A stretch of 64,000 bases of DNA from assembly GCA_963514005.1 (NCBI GenBank), contig OY740804.1, positions 21,328,001-21,392,000 on the forward strand. Reading direction: 5' to 3'. The position numbers and the translations under genes are program-made. The notes beneath the pieces were generated by a model. That model was not told the DNA's origin and made no database searches. It worked only from the letters and a program-made list of their open reading frames with translations. Below, piece by piece: positions 38,892 to 50,978 of this stretch. Numbering within the stretch: position 1 is the stretch's first letter; every line of letters starts with the position of its first letter. The DNA is from Raja brachyura. Its lineage: Eukaryota.

Positions 38892-40507
38892 CAGTGGCTT
38901 GCAAACGTTTTCATACCCCTTGAACTTTTCCACATTTTGTCACGTTACAACCACAAACGTAAATGTATTTTATTGGGATTTTATGTGATAGACCAACACA
39001 AAGTGGTGCATAATTGTGAAATGGAAGGAAAATGATACATGGTTTCCAAATTTTATTACAAATAAAAAAATGAAAAGTGTGGCGTGCAAAAGTATTCCGC
39101 CCCCCAGAGTCAATACTTTGTAGAACCACCTTTCGCTGCAATTACAGCTGCAAGTCTTTTGGGGTATGTGTCTACCAGCTTTGCACATCTAGAGACTTAA
39201 ATGTTTGCCCATTCTTCTTTGCAAAATGGCTCAAGCTCAGTCAGATTGGATGGAGAGCGTCTGTGAACAACAATTTTCAAGTCTTGCCAGAGATTCTCAA
39301 TTGGATTTAGGTCTGGAATTTGACTGGGCCATTCTAACACATGAATATGCCTTGATCTAAACCATTCCATTGTAGCTCTGGCTGTATGTTTAGGGTTGTT
39401 GTCCTGCTGGAAGGTGAACCTCCGCCCCAGTCTCAAGTCCTTTGCAGACTCTAACAGGTTTTCTTCCAAGATTGCCCTGTATTTGGCTCCATCCATCTTC
39501 CCATCAACTCTGACTAGCTTCCCTGTCCCTGCTGAAGAAAAGCATCCCCACAGCATGATGCTGCCACCACCATGTTTCACAGCGGGGATGGTGTGTTCAG
39601 GGGTTTGTGCAGTGCTAGTTTTCCGCCACACATAGCGTTTTGCATTTAGGCCAAAAACTTCAATTTTGGTCTCATTAGACCAGAGCACCTTCCTCCACAT
39701 GTTTGCTGTGTCCCCCACATGGCTTGTGGCAAACTGCAAACGGGACTTCTTATGGCTTTGTTTCAACAATGGCTTTCTTCTTGCCACTCTTCCATTAAGG
39801 CCTGATTTGTGGAGTGCACGACTAATAGTTGTCCTGTGGACAGATTCTCCCACCTGAGCTGTGGATCTCTGCAGCTCCTCCAGTTACCATGGGCCTCTTG
39901 GCTGCTTCTCTGATCAATGCTCTCCTTGCCCGGCCTGTCAGTTTAGGTGGACGGCCATGTCTTGGTAGGTTTGCAGTTGTGCCATACTCTTTCCATTTTC
40001 AGATGATGGATTGAACAGTGCTCCGTGAGATGTTCAAAGCTTGGCATATTTTTATTATAACCTAACCCTGCTTTAAACTTCTCCACAACTTTATCCCTGA
40101 CCTGTCTGGTGTGTTCCTTGGGCTTCTTGATGCTGTTTGTTCACTAACGTTCTCTAACAAACCTCTGAGGCCTTCACAGAACAGCTGTATTTATACTGAG
40201 ATTAGATTACACACAAGTGGACTCTATTTACTAATTAGGTGACTTCTGAAGGCAATTGCTTGCACTGGATTTTATTTAGGGGTATCAGAGTAAAGGGGGC
40301 TGAATACTTCTGCACGCCACACTTTTCAGCTTTTTATTTGTCAAAACATTTGAAAACCATGTATCATTTTCCTTCCACTTCACAATTATGCGCCACTTTG
40401 TGTTGGTCTATCACATAAAATCCCAATAAAATACATTTACGTTTGTGGTTGTAACGTGACAAAATGTGAAAAAGTTCAAGGGTTATGAAAACTTTTGCAA
40501 GCCACTG
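38892..40507 (-). mobile_element. Full-length Tc1 DNA transposon (IR/DR type), 1616 bp, TA TSD
   Basis: TA|CAGTGGCTTGCAAA...TTTGCAAGCCACTG|TA. TIRs of ~213 bp (38892-39105, 40295-40507) contain outer and inner direct repeats. Confidence 0.97.
39110..40128 (-). pseudogene. Tc1 DD34E transposase, inactivated
   Basis: GRPPKL, ARRKPLL, WSNETK (first catalytic D replaced by N), [21 protein letters not shown]..34 aa..DLNPIENLW. The expected start codon reads AAG, and there are frameshifts and in-frame stops. Confidence 0.92.
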
Positions 40508-41595
40508 TATATCCAGTACCCAGATTGTGCACTGCAGACATTAGACAAACATTCCTTTCAAGATAAATGTTGTTTGTTTAGATTTTAATCATTTGTGTAT
40601 GTTTATTTGAAACATTTATGGTTTCTGACAGCAGCCAACATCAGGGGCTTCACCAGTTATTTATATATCCAGCTATTGTGCGTCTCGGGACTCTTTTCCC
40701 AACCTCTACCACTTCCTTCAACTCCCATCCTTATATTAATGGCATCCAAGACTACAAAGCCATATATTCCTCACCCCCAGGATCATGCTAGCTTCTCCCA
40801 TGGGTGGAGATAGAGAACATAGACCAGTAAACACAGGAACAGGCCTTTCAGCCCACAAAGTCCATGGCAAGTTAAATTACTCTTCCTGCTCGTGATCCAT
40901 ATCCTTCCATTCCCTGCATATCCATGTGTCTATCCAAAAGCCTCTTAAATGCCACTATCATATCTGCCTCCACCACCACCCCTGGCAACGTGTTCCAGGC
41001 ACCCACCACTCTCAGCCGAGATCAACCCCGAAGATCGGAGAGTGGAGGAGGAGGGAGCCGTTGGCGACAATGGACACGAGGAGTGGGCCGGTAGGGGAGG
41101 GACAGTGGTATTGCCCACAGCTCCGTCAAGGTTGGCTGCAAGAGGCACCCCCGGGACACAAAGGCGTTTGGGTGAAGAGAGGGATGGCGGTACTTGGGCC
41201 AAGCCAGTTAAAGGCGATGGAGGAAAGGATTGCGGGGGCCTGGGGCTTACCTGGATCGGGAACCGCTCCAGTACATCCCGCACTTTGGACTTTTGCTTTG
41301 TGTAAATGGCGCAAAATTATGGCGACTTATGCATGTGTAAACCTATGCAAAAAGAATTTCACTGTGCAGTGCATATGTGACAAAAAAGACCCAGACCATT
41401 GAATTTATTTGATGCTCCAGATAAACCTAACCAGTTGCCCCGCACATCTCCTTTAAACCTTGCCCCTCACACCTTAAAACTATGCCCACTCGTCTTTGAC
41501 ATTTCCACCCTTATTGTAAATACCCTCTAATTCAGACACCAGTGCAATGATAATAAGAATTTGTTATATATTAATAAGCATGACCATTTAACACT

Positions 41596-41601
41596 TTTAT
41601 T
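41596..41601 (-). terminator. Probable KIF21B polyadenylation signal AATAAA
   Basis: TTTATT on plus at the end of a long AT-rich, mostly unique tract below the last exon; UGUAAAUA lies just upstream in the mRNA (41614-41621). Confidence 0.6.
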
Positions 41602-42865
41602 TGAATGGAACAATATTTACATGTAACAGTTATGCAACATCTTAAATAAATCTTTTTACATTAGATACAGTTTTTACATATTGTATTTCTAAAAAGGTCT
41701 CACAGCATAGTTTTTCTTTTACAGAAATGTACAGGCGAAACAGTACACCTAGAAAGGCACTTGTTATCTTCACTGTGACCTTATGATTAACACTGCTTCC
41801 AATATGGGTTGAATATCCGTCAGTATTTCTGAAAATGCAATTAATCTTGTCAAAGCTGACAAGCCCTCTGCCTCTCAATCTGTTCCATGGGAATTTTTCT
41901 CAATTTTAAAGTAGACATTTCCAACGGTTTACTTGGAAATTTCAGAAAATAACTTAGCAAAATGTGAGGGGTGTAGCCCAATATTAAGGCTTGATCCACG
42001 TAAAAAAGGTCAGCTGCATTTCCCACAGAAATTAGACGTTTGAGGGCTGTAAAATGTGTTGATAAAGCAATGATTTCACCAACACATTCACATGCACGCT
42101 ATTCTAAGTAACAAGTATCATATCCTGTACAATTCCTATATATTAAAACAATTATTTTCCTCACAACTTGAGAACAAAGGATTCTCAATGGCTTTGTTTT
42201 TACTGAATCCACTCCTAGGACTTCTTTACGAGATAGAGTTTAAATGAGACACCAAATCATTTTCCCAGTACCCCGAACAAAAACAAGTTTGCAAAATTGC
42301 CAACCAAATTTCAATGAGTTTTAGCAATAGCAGCTGAAGTCAATTAAAGCCTAAAAAATACTGTCAAGACAAACATACAACATATATCCAAAATACAGCA
42401 GTTACATTCACAACATTAGTTTGCCTACTACTGATGTCTAAATCTAATTATTTAACCACCCTTTCCTTTCAAAATAGCATTAAGTTATCATTGGCTTAAT
42501 GTCAAGTCAAGTAGTGTCAAGGAACACTATTACAGTTTCATACTTTAAAGACCACTGCAAGAATTGAAAGAGGAATTGTACTGGTACTAACCCATGTATC
42601 AAGGCAGCATGATACTTAACTGTAGGTATCAGTTTCAGTATTCCTTTCAGTTTCTTGAACATCAACTCGGTTGTACTACAGTAAGTTTTCAATTTGACAA
42701 CTACCACAATGCAATCAAAAACAACATTTCTATTTATCAGCAATTCTGAATTCTAGGCTTCAATAAGCAACTAACAACAAATATTCAAGTCACAATTTAA
42801 ATAGTCAACTCCTTTGAATGGCTCAGTATTTTGTTTATGGCACAGTACAGCAGTCAAATTATATT

Positions 42866-43253
42866 TGAAGAGACACAAAATGCTGGAGTAACTTAGCGGG
42901 ACAGGCAGCATCTCAGGAGAGAAGGAATGGGTGACGTTTCGGGTTGAGACCCTTCTTCAGACTGATGTCAGGGGAGTGGGAGGTACATGGATAAGGAAGT
43001 GTATAGATAAGGAAGTGTAAGGTGTGAAAACGGGAGAAAGGGAATGGGGATCAAGAAAAATGTTGAATAGATCAATGTTAGTTGGGAGAAGGAAACAAAG
43101 CAGAGATAAAATGTAGTTGTGACAGTAAGACTGGTCTGAGAACTGGGAAGGGGGAGGGGATGGAGAGAGAGGGAAAGCAAGGATTATTTGAAGTTTGAGA
43201 AGTCAAAGTTCATACCACTGGGGTGTAAGCTGCCCAGTTAAATCAAAGGTGTA
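42866..43253 (-). mobile_element. Penelope-like 3' fragment with 14-bp TSD inside the KIF21B 3'UTR
   Basis: AGTCAAATTATATT at 42852-42865 and 43254-43267. Encodes LGSLHPSGMNFDFSNFK* (Penelope GIY-YIG C-terminus), then the hammerhead-bearing repeat. Confidence 0.85.
42933..42960 (-). ncRNA. Candidate minimal hammerhead core, sense to KIF21B mRNA
   Basis: CUGAAGA-A-GGGU(CUCA)ACCC-GAAAC-GUC; helix I is only ~2 bp (GU/AC). Confidence 0.5.
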
Positions 43254-45245
43254 AGTCAAATTATATTACTATGTGTTCCAGAAAAATAGGAACTGCAGAT
43301 GCTGGTTTACCAAAAAGGGCAAAAAGTGCCAGAGTACTCCAGCAGGTCAGACAGCATCTCTGGAGAACATGGATAAGCAACGATTTGGGTCAATAACCTT
43401 CTTCAAGAAAAAGCTCCCAACCCAAAATGTTCATGGCCTCTAGAGGTGCTGCCTGACCCACACAAATTCCATCCATCTAATTACAAAACACACTTTGTTT
43501 TGGAGAAGATAGAGGTGGCCAAGCCAAGCCAAGGAACCTGTTCATTTAAACAAATCCAATTCCACAGTTGTCACACTGCTGGTTTAAATAACTGACCCAT
43601 AACTTCCTGCTTTTAGATAACTGTCTGCAACATTTTGAATTGCAAAATGCCACAGGAAAAGACCCCTGAAAAGAATGGCCATTCTTTAAGTATGTATCAT
43701 TGTTAATTTTAGCACAAACTTAACTGGTTTTGAAGATTAGATTCAGGAAGCGATAAAGTCCAGGGACGTTTAAAATCTTCGGATGATTCACCAAACCGTT
43801 GGCAATTAGCATTATAAGCAAATGAGTTTCGCTTGGATATCCATATAGTTAGAAGTAGGAGAAGAAATATAGAATTAAAGGTAGAGATTGAAGATATGTG
43901 ATATGGATGATTGGAATATCTTATCATCACTGCATCTGCAATAACTGCTGAGTTTACAATTTACATTATCCAAATCGACACTTGGATTATGTAGGTCACA
44001 CCAAGCCCAAGGTTTTAAGACTGTAGTTTTTTTTGCCTTAGTGATATGAATACATCTGTTAAATGCATTGTCTTTAATGGTATTTCAAGACATCCCTCAA
44101 AGTAAATCTATATTTGAATACTTAGAACCACAATGTTTTTCACAAAAGATGAAGATAATTGTTCTCAAGTGTGCTGACATACCTTTATGAATTTCAATTC
44201 CATCAGTTTAGCTCGGAGTGATCGGAGACAGTGAGCGGAGACACCCAACTAGTTCTAGATTTATTTGTAGTAAGACCCTGGTTGTGGATGTATCTAATAG
44301 ATTTAGCAGTGCTTGCAATGGCAAAGACTAGGTTACTACTTATGATGATAGACGTCATATCTGATTTTCATCCAAGCAACTGTCCTGTGAACCTGTCTCT
44401 GAAGTGCTACAATGGGATGCATGGTACAGTAAAGCCAAATTAAGAACTCACACTTGACCTCTTCATTGCAGAGAAGAAATGTTACTTATTGAAGTATGGT
44501 CGTTTATCTATCATTTGGATAAGAACAGCCAATCTGAGGTTCTGATTTTCCAGGAAGCATTCGTGTAATAATGGCAGTGGCAGTACACTGGCCCTATGAA
44601 TATTTAGACCCGATAGTTCTGCCCGCTTGGTCTCACTGTAGGAATTACAATATCTGATCACTGTAAGACCATATCATTGTGCAGCCCCTGTTTTGTTTTC
44701 CTTTGGAAGAGTCACCAAACCATCTAGAGCAACATTGTCCTTGTCCAGCTTTGGTGGTCCTGTTGACTAGAACTTGTTGGGTTTCCACATCCAAAGCCTG
44801 GTTCAAGATCTCCATTCTTCTTTGGTGGAAGTCATCACCTTCCAATTACACTGCTGTGGCAAAATGAAGATTAGTGAATGTGAATCTGGTGGACAAGGTC
44901 ACAGAAGGAATGTGCGGGATTATTAACAGTACATAGATTAATGTAGGAAATGAAACATAATGTTGTTCTTACATGTGCAGAAAAGGCACCAAGCTTTTGT
45001 CAGATTTACAAAGCTGAGGTGCGATTCAAAATGTTTGTTGCTGTGACGATTTCACTGTTTGTGCTGTTGAGAATTATATTTGTGGTCCGATCCTTGCAAA
45101 AATTACTGCTCGCAGTCCCTGTATTACTGCACAGTAATTCCCAATGGTTTTCTTCTTCAGCTGAGAAATCCTTGGCTTCCAGTTAATTCTCTCACTGTTC
45201 TCCTCAAAGAATAGTTTGTGGCATTAACTGCACCCTTGGATGGTG

Positions 45246-45333
45246 TCATGAGGGTTCCTGACCGCTGTCTCTAATGTCCATAACGTACCCGTTTTTTAAT
45301 CCTTTAGCATTCCAAGTTTTTATTCTACAGTCA
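45246..45333 (-). CDS. KIF21B: KIF21B distal alternative terminal coding exon
   Basis: Acceptor TTTCTTTCAG|T, phase 2. Encodes (S)DCRIKTWNAKGLKNGYVMDIRDSGQEPS*, which completes the last WD40 repeat (D..IK.W). Confidence 0.8.
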
Positions 45334-45934
45334 CTGAAAGAAATGGTAAAGACACTTTAAGAAATCAAATAACCACAGTCAGCTATCTTGGCTTCTTATC
45401 ACACATATAAACATAATGAACAATGCCATGCATAACAATTTCAGATCACTTGAAGACAATTTCAGTGTCTTTACTTTGATAGACACTTTGTGGGCAGTGA
45501 GCTTTTTATTACAAAACTAAATCAGATCACTTCACATCAGAAACCATCAAAAGGTCTCATAAAATCAAAGCAACACAGGCATGAGCACCAACCACGCCCA
45601 ATTTCTAGATTCCTCCTTGACATTTGTCAGCCGCTGAGCATTTTCAACAGACTCGGCAGAAGTTTGAAGAGACTTTAGCTTCTTCTGAATAGCTCTCACG
45701 AGCCTATACAGGGAAATGTCTTTCTCTTCACTCTTTCTTTTGTACCTGTGCTTGTCTTGATTCTATTCCTGCAAAATACTATCCAATTTATTGGAATAAA
45801 TGCAAACCAAAGCTTTTCACTCTTTCGTGGTATACGTGACAATAATAAACCCAAACCTAAACATAAACAGCCAACTCATCTCATTATTTTCTGGTCAAAT
45901 ACTTAATTTGGATTGGTGCTCTTTAAACTTCATA

Positions 45935-46220
45935 GATTACCGCACGGAAAGAGGCCTTTCGGCCCGCCGAGTTCGTGCTGATCAGCGATCACTCTGTACA
46001 CTAGCACGATCCTACACACTAGGGACCATTTTACAAAACCCAATCAACCTAAAAACCTGTAAGTTTTTGGAGTGTAGGAGGAAACTGGAGCACCCGGAGA
46101 AAACTCATGCGGTCACAGGGACAATATGCAAACTCCGTAGACAGCACCTGTGGGCAGGATCGAACCGGGTCTCTGGCGTCGTCAGGCAGCAACTCTACCG
46201 CTGCACCACTGTGCTGCCCT
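45935..46220 (-). mobile_element. HE1-like V-SINE
   Basis: Reverse complement of the tRNA-like head (GGTTCGATCC) and V-domain. Confidence 0.8.
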
Positions 46221-47029
46221 ACCCATTCCTATTCAAGGATAGGAAACTGTTAGGACCAAATGCGGGCAAATGGGACTAGCTTAGATGGGGCCTCTTGGAG
46301 GAGTTAGACCAAAACGATGTTTCCGTGCTGGATGACTCCAGAACTCTAAAACACAACCAGATACGTGCTCAAGTTCTTGATGGCATATTCTATTCATCTT
46401 TCCAAACTTCTAGCATTTAGTTGGTGTAACATTATAACTTTACCTAAAAACGTGCATAAAATCAGGCACAGTTGTAAGAGTAATACTATTCTTTTTTATG
46501 AGTAAGAATATAATCAAATATATATTTGATTATATTCTTACCACTTTCATATGATATTCTGGAAAGTCAAATTATGAATATAATCAAGAGGACGTTTACA
46601 ATGATAAACTTTAGTTTACAGAGGAATTTGAAATGATAACATGTTCCCCATTTGTAAAGTAACATGGATATAGATATGTGACTTTTACACAGTTTTAGTG
46701 TAAATAGGCTAAATAAAAGCAAAGGATGCAATATCTTACAGATTTAGATATTTTTTAAACAATTTTATCCTCTTCCCAGTCTCTCCATTATAATCTCCTC
46801 CTCCACTCATGTTGCATACGTCAGGTTGATGGCTGGAGTTATCCGATGTTATACACACAATAAGGTGGAAATTAAAGGTGTGAAATTAGGTGGCTAATAT
46901 CAAGCCAGCATGTGTCCTTCTGCAGATTGAAGAATCCTCACCAGTGTTACCCCTCACTCACTCGGGATACCTCAGTTGTCAAGACACCCCACTTCACACA
47001 ATTTAAGATGGTGCTGAACGCCTTCGTTT

Positions 47030-47485
47030 TAGCATGCACGATCTCCCAGTTGCCGAGCATTTTAACTTCCCTTCCCAGTCCCATACTGATCTGGGTCTCC
47101 TTCACTGTCAGAGGGGGGGCCACACGAAAATTGGAGATCAGCTAGGGCAGCTTACAACTCAGCGGTGTGAATATTGAATTCTCTAATTTCAAGAAACACT
47201 TGCATTCCCTCTCTCCATCCCTCCCTCACTCTAGTGGTTCTGCTAGTTTCAATGTTCGTATCACTTTATCACCTCATCCACAGCCAACAATGGACCATTG
47301 TGGGGTCTACCCTTCCTGAGTCATCGGTGCTGGCTTTGATTTGTCTTGAACCTTTACATACGTCTAGTTTCCCTCTCCCCTCTCAGTCTGAAGAAGAGAC
47401 TCGACCCAAAATGTCACCGATTCCTCTTCTCCAGGGATGCTGCCCTGACCCGCTGAGTTACTCCAACATTACGTGTCTATCGGAA
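47030..47485 (+). mobile_element. Penelope-like element 3' fragment
   Basis: DLPVAEHFNFPSQSHTDL..GLLHCQ..ATRKLE..LGSLQ.SGVNIEFSNFK, then a degenerate hammerhead-bearing repeat at ~47388. Confidence 0.75.
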
Positions 47486-47879
47486 GATAATGCAGTGTCA
47501 TTGAGATAACATCTGTGCCACTGCACTTTGCTTGCAATGCACTTGTGTTTCAAGACTCTGAGAGGGCGTTCACTGTCGCAATGCCACAACACGACCACCA
47601 CCACCTGGTTGATTTCCTTACATGGTCACCAATTCTCATAAATTAAAGCACCGAAGAACGTATCTGAAGAGTTGACCAACAGGACTTGGGTTTTCAGATG
47701 GAATTAAATCCCGTTAGTAAAACGTAATACCGAATTTGAAAACCCGCTGGGCTTAATGTTCAACATGGCGCACATGGTTTCACGACTTTTGCTTTAATTA
47801 GAAAGTTTTAGTAGACAAACCACTGTACCGATGAGCAGCGAAGATGAACTAAATGCAGAGAAGAGCAGAAATCAGGGGT

Positions 47880-47979
47880 TTATGGTATGCTACTGGCACG
47901 GCTCTTAATGGCAAGGACACGTCGAGGTAAACAAGGAGTAAGACCCGCCACATAATTCCATAGCTTTACCCGGCAATCA
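47880..47979 (-). CDS. KIF21B: KIF21B proximal alternative terminal coding exon
   Basis: Acceptor TTCTGCTGCAG|T. Encodes (S)[32 protein letters not shown], nearly identical to the human KIF21B C-terminus [32 protein letters not shown]. Confidence 0.95.
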
Positions 47980-50778
47980 CTGCAGCAGAAAGGAAAGAGA
48001 AAAAAGAGAGACAGGGGTATAATGCAAGTCTGAAAGATGCAAGAGAGAAAAAGACGCAAGAACCAGTAGATGTCTGACTCCCGTCCCCTTTCATCTATAT
48101 CCATTCTCTCATCCCCTTCACCTTTATTCCATGTTCATAAGTTATAGGACCAGAATTAGGCCATTCGGCCCATCAGGTCTACTTCACCATTCAAACATCT
48201 GTCTTTCCCTCTCAACCCCATTCTCCTGCCTTCTCCCTATTACCCCTGACATCCTTACTAATCAAGAATATTCCAATCTGCGCCGTAAAAATACCCAATG
48301 GTTTGGCCTCTGGCTTCGAATTTCACACTTCTTATCTCACAGGCTTTTGTCTCCTTTACATCTCTGGCCTTCAACCTTCAAATAAGATTTCATTGTTCTG
48401 TTTTGGGACATATGACAATAAAATACTCTTGACCCATCTGCCAATCAAACACCCCCCACACCTGTATCCACCTATCACCTAGAAACAAGGAACTGCAGAT
48501 GCTGGTTTCCATTTAAAAATTCACAGTGCCGGAGTATCTCAGCAGGTCAGGCAGGAGAACATGGATAGGTAACGATAGAAGCCGAGCCGGGACCCTTCTT
48601 CCTGAAACATCACCTATCCATGTTCTCCTGGGATGTTGCCTGACCTACTGAGATAATCCAGCACTCCGTGATTTTGTTTTCCACATCACTTGCCTGGCTT
48701 TGTCCTGCCCACTCCTCTCTACCAGCTTCCCTTCCCCTCTACTACAATCAGTCATAAGAGTCCCAACCCTTCCAGGGTTGCTGCCTGACCCACTGAGTTA
48801 CTCCAGCACTTTGCCTTTTTTTTTGTAAACCAGCATCTGCAGTTTCTTGTGTCTACCAGAATGATTTTCTTTTTAATTATCCAATTATTGAATGAATACC
48901 TATGCTCTTCAGGAAAACATTATTGTGATCGGAAATAAGTCTGTCATTCTTTTCCCATCATGTCAACAAAAGCAACTAATAGTCTTAAGCTGGGTAAGAC
49001 ACATGTAAAGCAACAGAAGGCACTTTGGATGTATTCTGGATGGAGTCAACAGATGGATGATACGAGGCAAATACTAAGATTTGTCAATTAATGCTAAACC
49101 TTCATGAAAGAACCTAATGGGAGATACTTTGTTCTTGTTTCGAATGATTATTGGAGAATGCGGTTGCTCAAAGAACCCCCAATTTTGGTGCTGGAGTAAC
49201 CCAGTGTGTCAGGCAGCTGCTCAGGATAACATGGAAAGGTGACTTTTCAGGTCAGGATCCTTCTTCAGACTCAGTCTGAAGTTCATAAGTCATGCGAGCA
49301 GAATTTGGCCATTTGGGCCAATGAGGTCTACAACGACCATTCAATCATGGCTGATCTATCTTTCCCTCTCAACCCTATCCTCCTGCTTTCTCCCCATAAC
49401 ACCCGACACCTGTACAAATGAAGAAGCTGTCAATATCTGTCTTAAAAATATCCATTGACTTGGCCTCCACAGCCATCTGTGGCAATGAATTCCACAGATT
49501 CACCAACATCTGGCTAAAGAAATTCCTCCTCATAGATCTCAGAACCCTTTTGAAGAAAGTTCTAAAGAAAGTCAGAAAAGTTCTTCAGGCTGAAGGGTCC
49601 CAAGCAGAAACGTCATCTATCCATGTTCTCCAGAGATGCTGCCCGACCCGTTGAGTTACTTCAGCACTTTGTGTCTTATGCTGAAGAGTCCGGCATCTGC
49701 AGTTCTTGGTGTCTACTCTGGTGCCAAATGTATGTTGTGAGCAACATCTGGCCAATGAATAAGGATGTTTGAGAAGTCTACCTGTCCCTGTGACACTGCC
49801 AGCTTTTACCCCATGTAACTGTACAGATGCTTATGACTCCCCATCGAAAGTGGAAGCCACAAACATCTGCAAAGTCGATGGTCTCATTCAGGGCAGCTGC
49901 ACTTCACCAAAACCAGTATCTGGGTGGGAGATCTCCCTGGTACAACTGTGTTGTGACTTTTAGCTGCTAATCCAGTGGACCTGTGCATGTGGAATTGAAG
50001 GAACGCCTGTAGCTGAAGGATACAAGCAAACATGATTAATCAAAATGTAATCCATTGGTTTAAATGAATGGGGCCGATGCAGCATAACACCTCAACGTTA
50101 AAATGAAACTTAAAAAATCAAACATTTGCTGCACCAATCTCTTTAATTCAGGAATCTAAAAGCAATCTTGTTCATAAATTCATAAGTTCTAGGAGCACAA
50201 TTAGGCCATTCGGCCCATCAATTCTACTCCACCATTCAATCATGGCTGATCTATCTTTCCCTCCCAACCCCATTCTCCTGCCTTTGCCCCATCACCCCTG
50301 TCACCCATATTAATCAAGAATTTGTCAATCTCCGCCTTAAAAATATCCAGTGATTTGGCCTCTGTATCCTTTTTTAGACAATGTTTTCATTAAATAAAAG
50401 AGATTAAATTTATCGTAATAGTTTAAAAAAGTGTTAATTTTTAATAGCAGTTTTTTAAAAATGCATCACAAATGATAGGAAAAGAAACCAAGACTGTCCA
50501 TATTCTGAAACTTCTCCTCTACTTTCCCCAGCATAAAACAACTGTTCCCTTTCTTGGCAAAAATGCTTATAAATGATTGAAGTATTAATGACACTTTCAA
50601 TGTTATATTTTTGCACTAAAATGTTGTTCAACGTCATATCTTTGCACTGAAATGTTGTACCCGTCATCCTTTTCTGCGCACTGTAGACGGCTTGATTGTG
50701 CAGGCTTGTCGTGACTGGTTAGCTTGCAAACAGAAGCATTTCACTGTACCTCAGCACATGTGACAATCATAAACCTAC

Positions 50779-50978
50779 CTGGATGCAGTGAAAATCCTGG
50801 TGGAGTTTGTGCAGATGGCATTAATAGGACTGTCATGCCCTCTGATCTCTCCCAGCGGGGTGAAGTTGTCGATGTTCCAAACTTTAAGTATTCCCCCTCG
50901 GCAACCACTTAGCAACATGTCACGGCCTGGGACAAATGCCAGCGCGCACACCCAATCTTTGTGAGCGTTCGGGATTTG
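50779..50978 (-). CDS. KIF21B: KIF21B WD40 exon (200 nt)
   Basis: TTTAG|[67 protein letters not shown]|GTAGGT; phase 0 to 2. Confidence 0.96.

Larger units (their letters stand above)
41575..45245 (-). other. KIF21B: Inferred KIF21B 3'UTR (distal terminal exon)
   Basis: Runs from the stop at 45246 to the AATAAA at 41596; repeat-poor compared with flanking introns. Confidence 0.6.

Noticed and set aside
49967-50012. Possible third KIF21B terminal exon (S)YRRSFNSTCTGPLD* after CCTTCAG
   Set aside because: Phase-compatible, but it lacks the D..K.W strand that finishes the WD40 repeat and has no recognised homology.
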